Assembly: GCF_001194135.2 (NCBI RefSeq)
Contig: NC_068988.1
Span: 6,255,681-6,319,680 of the forward strand
From: Octopus bimaculoides
Lineage: Eukaryota
Direction: 5' to 3'
DNA: 64,000 nt
Shown here: in pieces, positions 39,666 through 52,489 of the stretch
How the letters are laid out: the number at the start of each line of letters is the position of its first letter
Position numbering within the stretch: position 1 is the stretch's first letter
The notes under the pieces: generated by a model
What the model was told of the DNA's origin: nothing
Databases searched by the model: none
Seen by the model: only the letters and a program-made list of their open reading frames with translations
Made by a program: the position numbers and the translations under genes

Positions 39666-41264
39666 TATATATATATATATATATATATATATATNNNNNN
39701 NNNNNNNNNNNNNNNNNNNNNNNNNNNNNNNNNNNNNNNNNNNNNNNNNNNNNNNNNNNNNNNNNNNNNNNNNNNNNNNNNNNNNNNNNNNNNNNNNNNN
39801 NNNNNNNNNNNNNNNNNNNNNNNNNNNNNNNNNNNNNNNNNNNNNNNNNNNNNNNNNNNNNNNNNNNNNNNNNNNNNNNNNNNNNNNNNNNNNNNNNNNN
39901 NNNNNNNNNNNNNNNNNNNNNNNNNNNNNNNNNNNNNNNNNNNNNNNNNNNNNNNNNNNNNNNNNNNNNNNNNNNNNNNNNNNNNNNNNNNNNNNNNNNN
40001 NNNNNNNNNNNNNNNNNNNNNNNNNNNNNNNNNNNNNNNNNNNNNNNNNNNNNNNNNNNNNNNNNNNNNNNNNNNNNNNNNNNNNNNNNNNNNNNNNNNN
40101 NNNNNNNNNNNNNNNNNNNNNNNNNNNNNNNNNNNNNNNNNNNNNNNNNNNNNNNNNNNNNNNNNNNNNNNNNNNNNNNNNNNNNNNNNNNNNNNNNNNN
40201 NNNNNNNNNNNNNNNNNNNNNNNNNNNNNNNNNNNNNNNNNNNNNNNNNNNNNNNNNNNNNNNNNNNNNNNNNNNNNNNNNNNNNNNNNNNNNNNNNNNN
40301 NNNNNNNNNNNNNNNNNNNNNNNNNNNNNNNNNNNNNNNNNNNNNNNNNNNNNNNNNNNNNNNNNNNNNNNNNNNNNNNNNNNNNNNNNNNNNNNNNNNN
40401 NNNNNNNNNNNNNNACCACCACCACTAACAACAACAACAACAACAACCCCCGACGCCATATTAAGTTGCACCCTCTCATTATACCACATATGTTGTATAT
40501 CAGTTTCCATGCCCTAACATACGACTTACAAGTAATTTCGCTGTATAAATCATTATTTTGTGACATTTCAGTTCTATGTTGTTTCTGTGTCTCTTTTCCC
40601 TTCCTCTGTCGATTCCAACCATTCTTGCATAGAAATACTTCCATATCTTTCTTTTATATTAATGCCTTACCATAATTACATCAAGGCGGAGAATTCGCAG
40701 AAATCGTAACAGCCTTGGGATAAAGTATACTTTGTGGTATCTGTTCCGAGTCTTTGATATCCAAGTTCAAATCACACCCAGGTCAACTTTGTTCTTTCGT
40801 TTTCTCTGTCGGATTTGATTTATAAAAATACTTCTAAATACTTGAATAAATTCTTCTTTCTTCTCTTTCGTTGTTTTCCTTTCNNNNNNNNNNNNNNNNN
40901 NNNNNNNNNNNNNNNNNNNNNNNNNNNNNNNNNNNNNNNNNNNNNNNNNNNNNNNNNNNNNNNNNNNNNNNNNNNNNNNNNNNNNNNNNNNNNNNNNNNN
41001 NNNNNNNNNNNNNNNNNNNNNNNNNNNNNNNNNNNNNNNNNNNNNNNNNNNNNNNNNNNNNNNNNNNNNNNNNNNNNNNNNNNNNNNNNNNNNNNNNNNN
41101 NNNNNNNNNNNNNNNNNNNNNNNNNNNNNNNNNNNNNNNNNNNNNNNNNNNNNNNNNNNNNNNNNNNNNNNNNNNNNNNNNNNNNNNNNNNNNNNNNNNN
41201 NNNNNNNNNNNNNNNNNNNNNNNNNNNNNNNNNNNNNNNNNNNNNNNNNNNNNNNNNNNNNNAC

Positions 41265-41420
41265 CCTACACATTTTTCTCTCTTCGTTTTTCCCCCTCTT
41301 AATCCTTTCTGTCGAAGAGTGTACACTTGAAACGTCAAAAACGTTTCCATTCTACCCGACTGTCAAACTAACACACCTGGTTGCTGTTCCCTCACCTGTC
41401 TTCGTCTTTCCTTTTCTGTA
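41265..41420 (+). mobile_element. Diverged subfamily copy of the hammerhead-bearing repeat
   Basis: Colinear similarity to 15150-15310. Confidence 0.65.
41306..41339 (+). ncRNA. Putative minimal hammerhead ribozyme, variant core (copy 2, weaker)
   Basis: TTT-CTGTCGA-A-GAGT(GTAC)ACTT-GAAA-C/GTC-AAA. Stem II shows a compensatory C-G to T-A change relative to copy 1 and a G-U closing pair. Stem I is 3 bp. Confidence 0.55.
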
Positions 41421-41441
41421 AATTTGAAGTCTCTCACTCTC

Positions 41442-41485
<44 letters not shown>

Positions 41486-41572
41486 TCTACACACACAAAC
41501 ACACACACACACACATATTCTGAGAATCTGCGAATTGGACAAGATGGCATCATGCAAGCATAGCTGTATGAG

Positions 41573-41680
41573 TAAGAACCTTGCTTTGCAGTCACGTGGT
41601 TTCAGAATGGCCAATGATTTTTCAATGAATTCGGTAGACAGAAACTGTGGAAGCCCGTCATATAAATGTGTATATATACA

Positions 41681-41715
<35 letters not shown>

Positions 41716-41905
41716 ATGTACGTGCATCCTTATATTTGACTCACCCATCACTTGACGACCGGTGTCAGTTTGTTTATGTCCGTGTAACCGTGTGGTTTTG
41801 TCTAAAGGGACCGATGGAATATGTACTATGCTTAAAAATGACAAAAGTAGAGTCGATTTATTTCACTAAATTTTTCAGGATGGTGTCCCAGTATGGTGCA
41901 AGCTC
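41573..41905 (+). mobile_element. Degenerate SINE family A
   Basis: Deleted 5' half, (TG)n spacer and diverged 3' half, abutting the Tc1/mariner TIR. Confidence 0.6.
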
Positions 41906-41923
41906 TGTGACTAAAACCGTATG

Positions 41924-42439
41924 TAGGGTGGCCCCAAAACAGATTTACAGTTATTCAACTATCTTTTTCGCAAAAGTTTAGAACCGTTCTTTGAGCAAGC
42001 TGGAGCACCTCCAAATTATGCGCTGATAGTATGAGACTACCTTAACCACAGCGTTGGTTTGGAAAGCCGGGGCAGCATCGAATGGCCACCACGTTCACCT
42101 GACCTGACACCAATGGATTTCTTCTTTTTAATGTGTTGTAAAGAACAAGGTTTAAGAGAAGAATCCCCAAACAGTAAATGAATTAAAAGACGCATTCAAT
42201 GAAATTGATGGAGATCGGAATTTGTGTTGCACTGTATGTCAGAGTGTTCTGAAGAATCTTGAAGAATTGGCCAATGTTGAAAGAGGACATTTTGAGCATC
42301 TGGGAGATTAAACATTGTCTGTTTCAGATGTGCATAAACAATATAGTTGTAAGATAGAAATTTAAATGTAATAAAATGTTTGAAAAGAAATTTTTAAATG
42401 CCTTCGTGATAACTGTAAACCTGCTTTTGAACCACCCTG
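41924..42439 (+). mobile_element. Tc1/mariner-superfamily (DDxD, rosa/maT-like) deletion derivative with both TIRs
   Basis: 31-bp TIRs match at 25/31 positions (TAGGGTGGCCCCAAAACAGATTTACAGTTAT vs reverse complement CAGGGTGGTTCAAAAGCAGGTTTACAGTTAT), with TA after the right TIR. The interior encodes GAPP.YA, IEWPPRSPDLTPMDFF and GHFEHL. Confidence 0.85.
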
Positions 42440-43215
42440 TATGTTAACACACATACACACACACGCACACACACACACACACACACNNNNNNNNNNNNNN
42501 NNNNNNNNNNNNNNNNNNNNNNNNNNNNNNNNNNNNNNNNNNNNNNNNNNNNNNNNNNNNNNNNNNNNNNNNNNNNNNNNNNNNNNNNNNNNNNNNNNNN
42601 NNNNNNNNNNNNNNNNNNNNNNNNNNNNNNNNNNNNNNNNNNNNNNNNNNNNNNNNNNNNNNNNNNNNNNNNNNNNNNNNNNNNNNNNNNNNNNNNNNNN
42701 NNNNNNNNNNNNNNNNNNNNNNNNNNNNNNNNNNNNNNNNNNNNNNNNNNNNNNNNNNNNNNNNNNNNNNNNNNNNNNNNNNNNNNNNNNNNNNNNNNNN
42801 NNNNNNNNNNNNNNNNNNNNNNNNNNNNNNNNNNNNNNNNNNNNNNNNNNNNNNNNNNNNNNNNNNNNNNNNNNNNNNNNNNNNNNNNNNNNNNNNNNNN
42901 NNNNNNNNNNNNNNNNNNNNNNNNNNNNNNNNNNNNNNNNNNNNNNNNNNNNNNNNNNNNNNNNNNNNNNNNNNNNNNNNNNNNNNNNNNNNNNNNNNNN
43001 NNNNNNNNNNNNNNNNNNNNNNNNNNNNNNNNNNNNNNNNNNNNNNNNNNNNNNNNNNNNNNNNNNNNNNNNNNNNNNNNNNNNNNNNNNNNNNNNNNNN
43101 NNNNNNNNNNNNNNNNNNNNNNNNNNNNNNNNNNNNNNNNNNNNNNNNNNNNNNNNNNNNNNNNNNNNNNNNNNNNNNNNNNNNNNNNNNNNNNNNNNTA
43201 TATATATACATACGT

Positions 43216-43250
<35 letters not shown>

Positions 43251-43320
43251 CTAATATATACTTTTGTTATTTACACCACCTGTCCTCGTCTGTTGTTATT
43301 ATTTGTATATTCTCCCATAT
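43251..43320 (+). mobile_element. 3' piece of the hammerhead-bearing repeat
   Basis: About 70 nt, with one mismatch to 15244-15313. Confidence 0.85.
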
Positions 43321-45060
43321 ATATACATATATGAGTACATACAAATTTACATACATACAAAGACACATACGTAAGTGTATATACATATATATTAATATAT
43401 TTGTATGTGTATATATATATATAAAATATATAAATACTTGCATACATATATATATATATCTATATTCATAAATATATATATATAAAACTGATACATACAC
43501 TCATATGTATGTATGAATGTATGTATGTATGTGTGTTTGTATGTATGTATATACGTAGGAAAGTAGGTATTTATGAAAGTACGTACGTATATCTTTACAT
43601 CTTTCATTAACCGAATAAGCGATACGTAAATGTTCAATTGCTGAAAAATGTCTGATTCTTTAAAAGAATTTCCGTTTATTTCCTTTGATATTTCGTTCCT
43701 TTTATTTATCTCCTTATTCATATATTTCTCCACTCATATATATGTGTGTGAGTGTGTATGTGCATGTGTGTGCGTGTGTGCGTGTATTTATTTACATATT
43801 TTTTCTCCCCCCACCGATTTCCTTCAAGATGTGATGTTACTAAATCGATTCACATTAGGGTCTGTTACATTTATTTGAGATTGGCCATAAATTAAAAGAA
43901 TATGCCAGTTCCTCAGATATTAATTTTAGATTATTAAGTTTAGATTAATTTATTGCAGTTTATGATTTATCGTTTTAGAAACAAGGAAAAAAAAATAAAA
44001 GAAGCGATATATTATATAAAGGAAAAACGAAATATTTGGGAAACGAAATATAAATAAATAAATAGANNNNNNNNNNNNNNNNNNNNNNNNNNNNNNNNNN
44101 NNNNNNNNNNNNNNNNNNNNNNNNNNNNNNNNNNNNNNNNNNNNNNNNNNNNNNNNNNNNNNNNNNNNNNNNNNNNNNNNNNNNNNNNNNNNNNNNNNNN
44201 NNNNNNNNNNNNNNNNNNNNNNNNNNNNNNNNNNNNNNNNNNNNNNNNNNNNNNNNNNNNNNNNNNNNNNNNNNNNNNNNNNNNNNNNNNNNNNNNNNNN
44301 NNNNNNNNNNNNNNNNNNNNNNNNNNNNNNNNNNNNNNNNNNNNNNNNNNNNNNNNNNNNNNNNNNNNNNNNNNNNNNNNNNNNNNNNNNNNNNNNNNNN
44401 NNNNNNNNNNNNNNNNNNNNNNNNNNNNNNNNNNNNNNNNNNNNNNNNNNNNNNNNNNNNNNNNNNNNNNNNNNNNNNNNNNNNNNNNNNNNNNNNNNNN
44501 NNNNCCCCAAAAATTGGAAAAAAAAAAAAACGAAAAAATAAACAAAGACAAAGAATATAATTTAATTTTGAAATTCTTTCAGTTTCACAAGTAGAAAAAT
44601 GGTAAAATGTTCTGAAATGGAATGGAATGGTTCTGGTTCTTTCTAGAGTTAAAACATTAAAGAATATTGAATTTGAAGAATTTTAATTTATAAACACTCC
44701 TGTAGCTGGCTCTGTCGGTAGCACCTGTTTATGTCTTCCGAGAGGTGCAGGGTCAAATCTGTGTGGGGGAAGGGGTGGGGATAGTAACGGAAAACATTAT
44801 TTCTGAGGATGGATTAGCAAACATTGTAGGGAGCATTTGAAACTGCTTTGTGGTGTTATCTGGTTACGTTGCTTTGTGTTGCGTGTTCAAGTCCCGTCGA
44901 GGACAACGTTATCTGTTCTCTTTGGTCGACAAAATTAACTATCAAATATACTCAGATACACACACACATACACACACACGCACACACACACATACACACG
45001 CACACACACACATACATATGTATGTATATAATATATGCATATATGTACATATATATAAAT

Positions 45061-45092
<32 letters not shown>

Positions 45093-45100
45093 ACAGTAAA

Positions 45101-45415
45101 GGTGCATGGCTCAGTGGTTAGAGAGCCGGGCTTAAATTCATGAGGTAATGAGTTCGATTCCTAAACAGGGCTGTGTGTTGTGTTCTTGAGCAAGACACTT
45201 TATTTCACGTTGCTCCAGTTAACTCAGCTGTAGAAATGAGTTGCGACGCCAGAGGTGCTAAGCTGTATCGACCTCTTTGCCTTTCCCTTGGATATCATCA
45301 GTGACATAGTGAAGGAAGGCTGGTATGCATGGGCGATTAATGGTCTTCCACAAACAACCTTGCCCGGCTTGTTCCTTGGAGGGTAACTTTCTAGGCGCAA
45401 TCCTATGGTCATTCG
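45101..45415 (+). mobile_element. SINE family B, full length
   Basis: Colinear with 27005-27321. Confidence 0.88.
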
Positions 45416-45434
45416 TGCTTGTTTTTTAAAACAT

Positions 45435-45615
45435 TAATGATCGTAAGATTGTGGTTTAGATTCCTGGACCGGACGACGCGTTGAGTTCTTGAGCAAAACA
45501 CTTCATTTCACGTTGCTCCAGTCCACACAGCTGGCAAAAATGAGTCACGCTGCGATGGACTGGCGTCCTGTCCAGCTGGAGAACACATACCCCATAGAAA
45601 CCGGGAAACCGATGA
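45435..45615 (+). mobile_element. SINE sharing the family-B head/body with a Deu/Nin-like 3' part
   Basis: TTCTTGAGCAAAACACTTCATTTCACGTTGCTCCAGT, then CTGCGATGGACTGGCGTCCTGTCCAG...AGAAACCGG. Confidence 0.65.
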
Positions 45616-46090
45616 TACAGTCCATCTAGTGAGAGATATAAATAATTTAATATACACAGTAGTTAAAAACAGCAACCAATTGTTTCATGCCGTAGAGACA
45701 CAATAATTCGGCAGATTTCTATATCGCACCATACGTCTACAAGCAATGTTTCAGACTCAGTGCATACCATTAATCCTATTTGAAGACCGGGACGCTGGTC
45801 TGTGAGAAAACACAGGAAAAAACGAGACCTTTGATGCAAAAGTGGAACGAGAAAAAAGTAAGAAAACCATATATATGTACATATACGTATGTGTATGTAT
45901 ATGTACGCGTGGATGTTTGTGTTGTTGTTGCAGTAGATATACATGTGTGCGTGTGAGAGTATGCGTGTGTATGTATGTATGTGTGTGTATGTATGCATGT
46001 ATGTATGCATCTATGTATGTGTATGTATGTGTGTATGTATGAATGTTTGTATGTATGTGTGTGTGTATGTATGTATGTATGCATGTATGT

Positions 46091-46574
46091 ACGCCATTAT
46101 TCAGCTTTATTACAAGATTTCTTGCCAATAGAGAAAGAGCCGGTTTCTAACCTAGATCTAAGGCTCCCTCATTGGAATTTTAACCTCAACAACTGGGTAC
46201 CTTTGTTTGTATATATGTATGTATGTGCAGATTCGTATGTTTTGTGTATGTCTTTATGTATGTATTCTCGTGCATATAGTTCCCTATCTAGACATGCTCA
46301 TATATATTTAAATGATATACTTCTGGGAAGTTTTACAGATTTTTACAGTTCCAGTAATAGATTGGATCTGTAGTCTTCAAATTAGTTCTTTCCTTTCTGG
46401 TTTTGAGAAGCCTAATTTCTCAAGATTGGTATTTAGGCAATGTGTTACATATCCCAGGGCCCCTATAATTACAGGTATCAACCTGAACTTGTAATCTGGA
46501 TAGAATAACTGGAGATTCCTCAATAGTTCAGCCTAGATATTCTCTTTTTCACTGATCTTCAGCTTGATGTGAGC

Positions 46575-46576
<2 letters not shown>
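46091..46576 (-). mobile_element. R4/Dong-like element copy 2: ORF end, 3' UTR, AATAAA and (CATA)n tail
   Basis: 46360-46576 aligns closely with 7013-7230. It continues to ...IQSITGTVKICKTSQKYII* (stop at 46308-46310) and has two premature stops. AATAAA lies at 46106-46111 on the minus strand, followed by CATA repeats. Confidence 0.88.
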
Positions 46577-46607
<31 letters not shown>

Positions 46608-46638
46608 TGTATGTATGTATGTATGTATGTATGTATGT

Positions 46639-46830
46639 TATCAATCAGTTTCATTTCTGTATTTCTTGTCCATAGAGAAAGAGCCGGACTCTAACATAGA
46701 TTCAAGGCTCCTTCATTGGAACTTTTATCAACATCATCTTTGTATTTGTGCATATGTGTGTGTGTGTGTGTGCAGTATTTGGTGTGAGTGTATGCGCAGA
46801 TTTGTATGTTTGTTTTATGGATGCGCTTAT
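46639..46830 (-). mobile_element. R4/Dong-like element copy 3 (3' UTR only)
   Basis: Shares TAGAGAAAGAGCCGG..TCTAAC.TAGAT..AAGGCTCC.TCATTGGAA with 46128-46180 and ends in (CATA)n on the minus strand. Confidence 0.8.
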
Positions 46831-47521
46831 GTATGTATGTATGTGTGTATGTATGTGTATGTAAGCGTATATGTATGAATTCTAAAGACTTTCTGTCTCC
46901 TGATAATGATAATGTCGTAAGACAGTTGCTATGTGTGACTTATTTTGAACTTGAAACTGGAAGCACTTGGTTGTGAACAAACTCAATTACGCTGCCATGT
47001 TTTAAGTTTTAGAAAGAAGATAAACAAAGAAAAAAAAATATCCAGAACACCAATGTTTTCATTCATTCTACGCACGAGTGTCTTGTAATATAACCTCAGA
47101 TTACACTAGTTCTTTGTCAAAATGGACTATGCATCATAGATCATTAAGAGACATGTGACATTATCAAAAATCAATGCAAGGAAGCCTGCTTTGAACTATC
47201 AAAGATCAATATCTTAACTATAGCGAGAATGTTTCTCCAGTCAACCAGAAAGCAATATCAACAATTTATAAATTCGCATAACCGCCATTGTTATGACGAT
47301 CCAACATCAAGGGTTCCACATGACCATAAGATTTGCTAAAAATAACAGCAGTCTCTTGCAATTGGCAATGATAAAAGACGATTGTTCTATGAGCTGTATT
47401 GTAGACTCGAAGTTTGTTGTATGTGGTTGTGAAAAAGACCACAAAATAAAGTCGATAATTAAAGACACTAAAGAAACGTTGAAAATACCAACTCTGTGGA
47501 ACCTTATTTCACAAGGACGCG

Positions 47522-47604
<83 letters not shown>

Positions 47605-49070
47605 NNNNNNNNNNNNNNNNNNNNNNNNNNNNNNNNNNNNNNNNNNNNNNNNNNNNNNNNNNNNNNNNNNNNNNNNNNNNNNNNNNNNNNNNNNNNNNNN
47701 NNNNNNNNNNNNNNNNNNNNNNNNNNNNNNNNNNNNNNNNNNNNNNNNNNNNNNNNNNNNNNNNNNNNNNNNNNNNNNNNNNNNNNNNNNNNNNNNNNNN
47801 NNNNNNNNNNNNNNNNNNNNNNNNNNNNNNNNNNNNNNNNNNNNNNNNNNNNNNNNNNNNNNNNNNNNNNNNNNNNNNNNNNNNNNNNNNNNNNNNNNNN
47901 NNNNNNNNNNNNNNNNNNNNNNNNNNNNNNNNNNNNNNNNNNNNNNNNNNNNNNNNNNNNNNNNNNNNNNNNNNNNNNNNNNNNNNNNNNNNNNNNNNNN
48001 NNNNNNNNNNNNNNNNNNNNNNNNNNNNNNNNNNNNNNNNNNNNNNNNNNNNNNNNNNNNNNNNNNNNNNNNNNNNNNNNNNNNNNNNNNNNNNNNNNNN
48101 NNNNNNNNNNNNNNNNNNNNNNNNNNNNNNNNNNNNNNNNNNNNNNNNNNNNNNNNNNNNNNNNNNNNNNNNNNNNNNNNNNNNNNNNNNNNNNNNNNNN
48201 NNNNNNNNNNNNNNNNNNNNNNNNNNNNNNNNNNNNNNNNNNNNNNNNNNNNNNNNNNNNNNNNNNNNNNNNNNNNNNNNNNNNNNNNNNNNNNNNNNNN
48301 NNNNNNNNNNNNNNNNNNNNNNNNNNNNNNNNNNNNNNNNNNNNNNNNNNNNNNNNNNNNNNNNNNNNNNNNNNNNNNNNNNNNNNNNNNNNNNNNNNNN
48401 NNNNAATTGAAAAATCATAGGAATCTCCATAATCGATTTCTCTGCTCCCTACATAGCCAGACCAGTTCAATAGAGAGAGCATACTCTAATTATTCCGATA
48501 TTTCTAACAAAACTGTTTGATTTGTTCGTCTAATAAAAGTTTGATTTTGTGTCAGAGACAAAAGCAGGCTTTTAGAAACTTGTGTAAACTTCTGGTTCTC
48601 GTGAAAGTAGCCATATTGAAGGAGCTCATGCCGCTCGTCTGTCTTAGGCTGTCTGATGTTGTTAACGGAAATTATTATTTAACTCTCTCAAGAACGCTGT
48701 ATGAGGTCTTCACAAGTGAAACTAGCTTGTAGACAAAATAGAAAGAGGTATGCATGTAAATGTGTATGTATCTTTGTATGTATGTATGTATATACGTATG
48801 TATGTATGTATGTGCGTGTATGTTTGTGCATGTATGTTTTTATGTATGTATATACGTCTGTATCTATGCACGTCTGTATGTAGGTGCGGAGGCATGTATG
48901 TATGTATGTATGTATGTATGTATGTATTTATGGATGTATACGTTATATGCACATACACAGAAACCCCCACACACGTACACAAATACACACATACACACAT
49001 ACACGCACACATATATTTCTACACAAAAACACAGATCCATTTTACATACACAGAAGCACACATCTATATA

Positions 49071-49111
<41 letters not shown>

Positions 49112-50395
49112 CTATACACTCATACACACGAAGACACAAACACAGACACATATATTCGTATGTCCGTGTGTATTTGTGTTTATGTCTGGCTGAGTGTATG
49201 TACGTATATCTTGTAGTGTTGATCAGCCCATTAAAAACCATGAAAATATTCCCCAATGGAAAACCTCAATGCATTTGGTAGACTAGAATGCATTGATTAT
49301 AGCAGACTGGTTAAGATTTAAGTTACGTTTTTAAATAGCAGAATATTGTTGCTTGTATGTCGTGGATTTTTTTGTCTAATTATATATATATATATGTAGT
49401 CCAAAAGTCTACGGACGCCGCTGTATGTATATATATATATATATATATATNNNNNNNNNNNNNNNNNNNNNNNNNNNNNNNNNNNNNNNNNNNNNNNNNN
49501 NNNNNNNNNNNNNNNNNNNNNNNNNNNNNNNNNNNNNNNNNNNNNNNNNNNNNNNNNNNNNNNNNNNNNNNNNNNNNNNNNNNNNNNNNNNNNNNNNNNN
49601 NNNNNNNNNNNNNNNNNNNNNNNNNNNNNNNNNNNNNNNNNNNNNNNNNNNNNNNNNNNNNNNNNNNNNNNNNNNNNNNNNNNNNNNNNNNNNNNNNNNN
49701 NNNNNNNNNNNNNNNNNNNNNNNNNNNNNNNNNNNNNNNNNNNNNNNNNNNNNNNNNNNNNNNNNNNNNNNNNNNNNNNNNNNNNNNNNNNNNNNNNNNN
49801 NNNNNNNNNNNNNNNNNNNNNNNNNNNNNNNNNNNNNNNNNNNNNNNNNNNNNNNNNNNNNNNNNNNNNNNNNNNNNNNNNNNNNNNNNNNNNNNNNNNN
49901 NNNNNNNNNNNNNNNNNNNNNNNNNNNNNNNNNNNNNNNNNNNNNNNNNNNNNNNNNNNNNNNNNNNNNNNNNNNNNNNNNNNNNNNNNNNNNNNNNNNN
50001 NNNNNNNNNNNNNNNNNNNNNNNNNNNNNNNNNNNNNNNNNNNNNNNNNNNNNNNNNNNNNNNNNNNNNNNNNNNNNNNNNNNNNNNNNNNNNNNNNNNN
50101 NNNNNNNNNNNNNNNNNNNNNNNNNNNNNNNNNNNNNNNNNNNNNNNNNNNNNNNNNNNNNNNNNNNNNNNNNNNNNNNNNNNNNNNNNNNNNNNNNNNN
50201 NNNNNNNNNNNNNNNNNNNNNNNNNNNNNNNNNNNNNNNNNNNNNNNNNNNNNNNNNNNNNNNNNNNNNNNNNNNNNNNNNNNNNNNNNNNNNNNNNNNN
50301 NNNNNNNNNNNNNNNNNNNNNNNNNNNNNNNNNNNNNNNNNNNNNNNNNNNNNNNNNNNNNNNNNNNNNNNNNNNNNNNNNNNNNNNNNNNNNNN

Positions 50396-50439
<44 letters not shown>

Positions 50440-50761
50440 AGACTGAGCAAAAGAGCTTATATCTTTAGTTTGCTTCATTCGTTAGGTATTAAGGTTATCG
50501 CTAGAGATAATCTATAGAAATTGTATCCAGCACTTATATTGCTCCGAAGTTTCATATCCGAGACATCTCGAAACAAAATCAGAGATGGCGATATATTTCT
50601 GTTGAGAACCTCTAGAGATAACCGTAACGAGTGATGTGGAGCACACTACTTACACAGTTGTACTCGGTATTGACATATAAAAAGCGATTAATGTGCCTTG
50701 TAGCATATTATGTTTGCATAACGAAACACCGTGTACCTACAAGTCATTAATCATTCATTAG

Positions 50762-50940
50762 ACAGCAGCCATATTGGGGCACCGCCTTGAAGGTCTTTTT
50801 AGTCGAATTAATCGACCGTAGTACTTTCTTTCTTTGTTTAAATGTCTGGTACTCATTCAAGTCGGTTTCTTTGCGGGAACGCTAAGTTACGGAGGACATA
50901 CGCACACCAACGCTGACTGTCAAGTCGTGATGGTGCACAC
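50762..50940 (-). mobile_element. SINE family A, 3' half
   Basis: GCCAT..TGGGGCACCGCCTTGAAGG...GCTAAGTTACGG. Similar 3'-half pieces lie at 2050-2172 (+), 2955-3060 (-) and 29525-29705 (-). Confidence 0.7.
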
Positions 50941-50962
50941 ACGCACACACACACGCACACAG

Positions 50963-51002
<40 letters not shown>

Positions 51003-52437
51003 GCACACAGACACGCACACACACACACACACACATGCACGCACCCTCACACACATATTTACGACGAATTTCTATCGGTTTCCGTGGACCTGNNNNNNNN
51101 NNNNNNNNNNNNNNNNNNNNNNNNNNNNNNNNNNNNNNNNNNNNNNNNNNNNNNNNNNNNNNNNNNNNNNNNNNNNNNNNNNNNNNNNNNNNNNNNNNNN
51201 NNNNNNNNNNNNNNNNNNNNNNNNNNNNNNNNNNNNNNNNNNNNNNNNNNNNNNNNNNNNNNNNNNNNNNNNNNNNNNNNNNNNNNNNNNNNNNNNNNNN
51301 NNNNNNNNNNNNNNNNNNNNNNNNNNNNNNNNNNNNNNNNNNNNNNNNNNNNNNNNNNNNNNNNNNNNNNNNNNNNNNNNNNNNNNNNNNNNNNNNNNNN
51401 NNNNNNNNNNNNNNNNNNNNNNNNNNNNNNNNNNNNNNNNNNNNNNNNNNNNNNNNNNNNNNNNNNNNNNNNNNNNNNNNNNNNNNNNNNNNNNNNNNNN
51501 NNNNNNNNNNNNNNNNNNNNNNNNNNNNNNNNNNNNNNNNNNNNNNNNNNNNNNNNNNNNNNNNNNNNNNNNNNNNNNNNNNNNNNNNNNNNNNNNNNNN
51601 NNNNNNNNNNNNNNNNNNNNNNNNNNNNNNNNNNNNNNNNNNNNNNNNNNNNNNNNNNNNNNNNNNNNNNNNNNNNNNNNNNNNNNNNNNNNNNNNNNNN
51701 NNNNNNNNNNNNNNNNNNNNNNNNNNNNNNNNNNNNNNNNNNNNNNNNNNNNNNNNNNNNNNNNNNNNNNNNNNNNNNNNNNNNNNNNNNNNNNNNNNNN
51801 NNNNNNNNNNNNNNNNNNNNNNNNNNNNNNNNNNNNNNNNNNNNNNNNNNNNNNNNNNNNNNNNNNNNNNNNNNNNNNNNNNNNNNNNNNNNNNNNNNNN
51901 NNNNNNNNNNNNNNNNNNNNNNNNNNNNNNNNNNNNNNNNNNNNNNNNNNNNNNNNNNNNNNNNNNNNNNNNNNNNNNNNNNNNNNNNNNNNNNNNNNNN
52001 NNNNNNNNNNNNNNATATATATATATATATATACGTACATAATGAGATATATCTGAAGAGAATGATGTTGAAAAGCCCAGTTGTTGGTTAGTGTGTTAAA
52101 CATATCATTATCTAACCATGCAAAAGCACGTTGGGAGGGATTAAGAATGGCGTCAGGTTGTACAGAGGGTCACGAATAAGCAGACATGTTTTCCTCTCCA
52201 CTGGGAGTATCAAATCAAAGAATCAAAGACACTAAAAACGTCAAAGAACATAAGAACATCCGAGAACAATTGTATGTATGTGTGTTAATATGGGTATATG
52301 GATGTATGTGTGTGTGTGTGTGTGTATATGTATGTGTGTGTGTGTGTGTACATATATATATATATATGTGTATATATACATATATATGTATGTATATATA
52401 TATATGTACACACACAAATATATATATATGTATACCT

Positions 52438-52489
<52 letters not shown>

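Noticed and set aside
45675-45725. Minus-strand CTGCCGA...GAAAC
   Set aside because: Stem II and stem I do not form, and TGCCG pairs with CGGCA instead.
49268-49300. 10-bp inverted repeat TCAATGCATT/AATGCATTGA
   Set aside because: Short and AT-rich, expected by chance.
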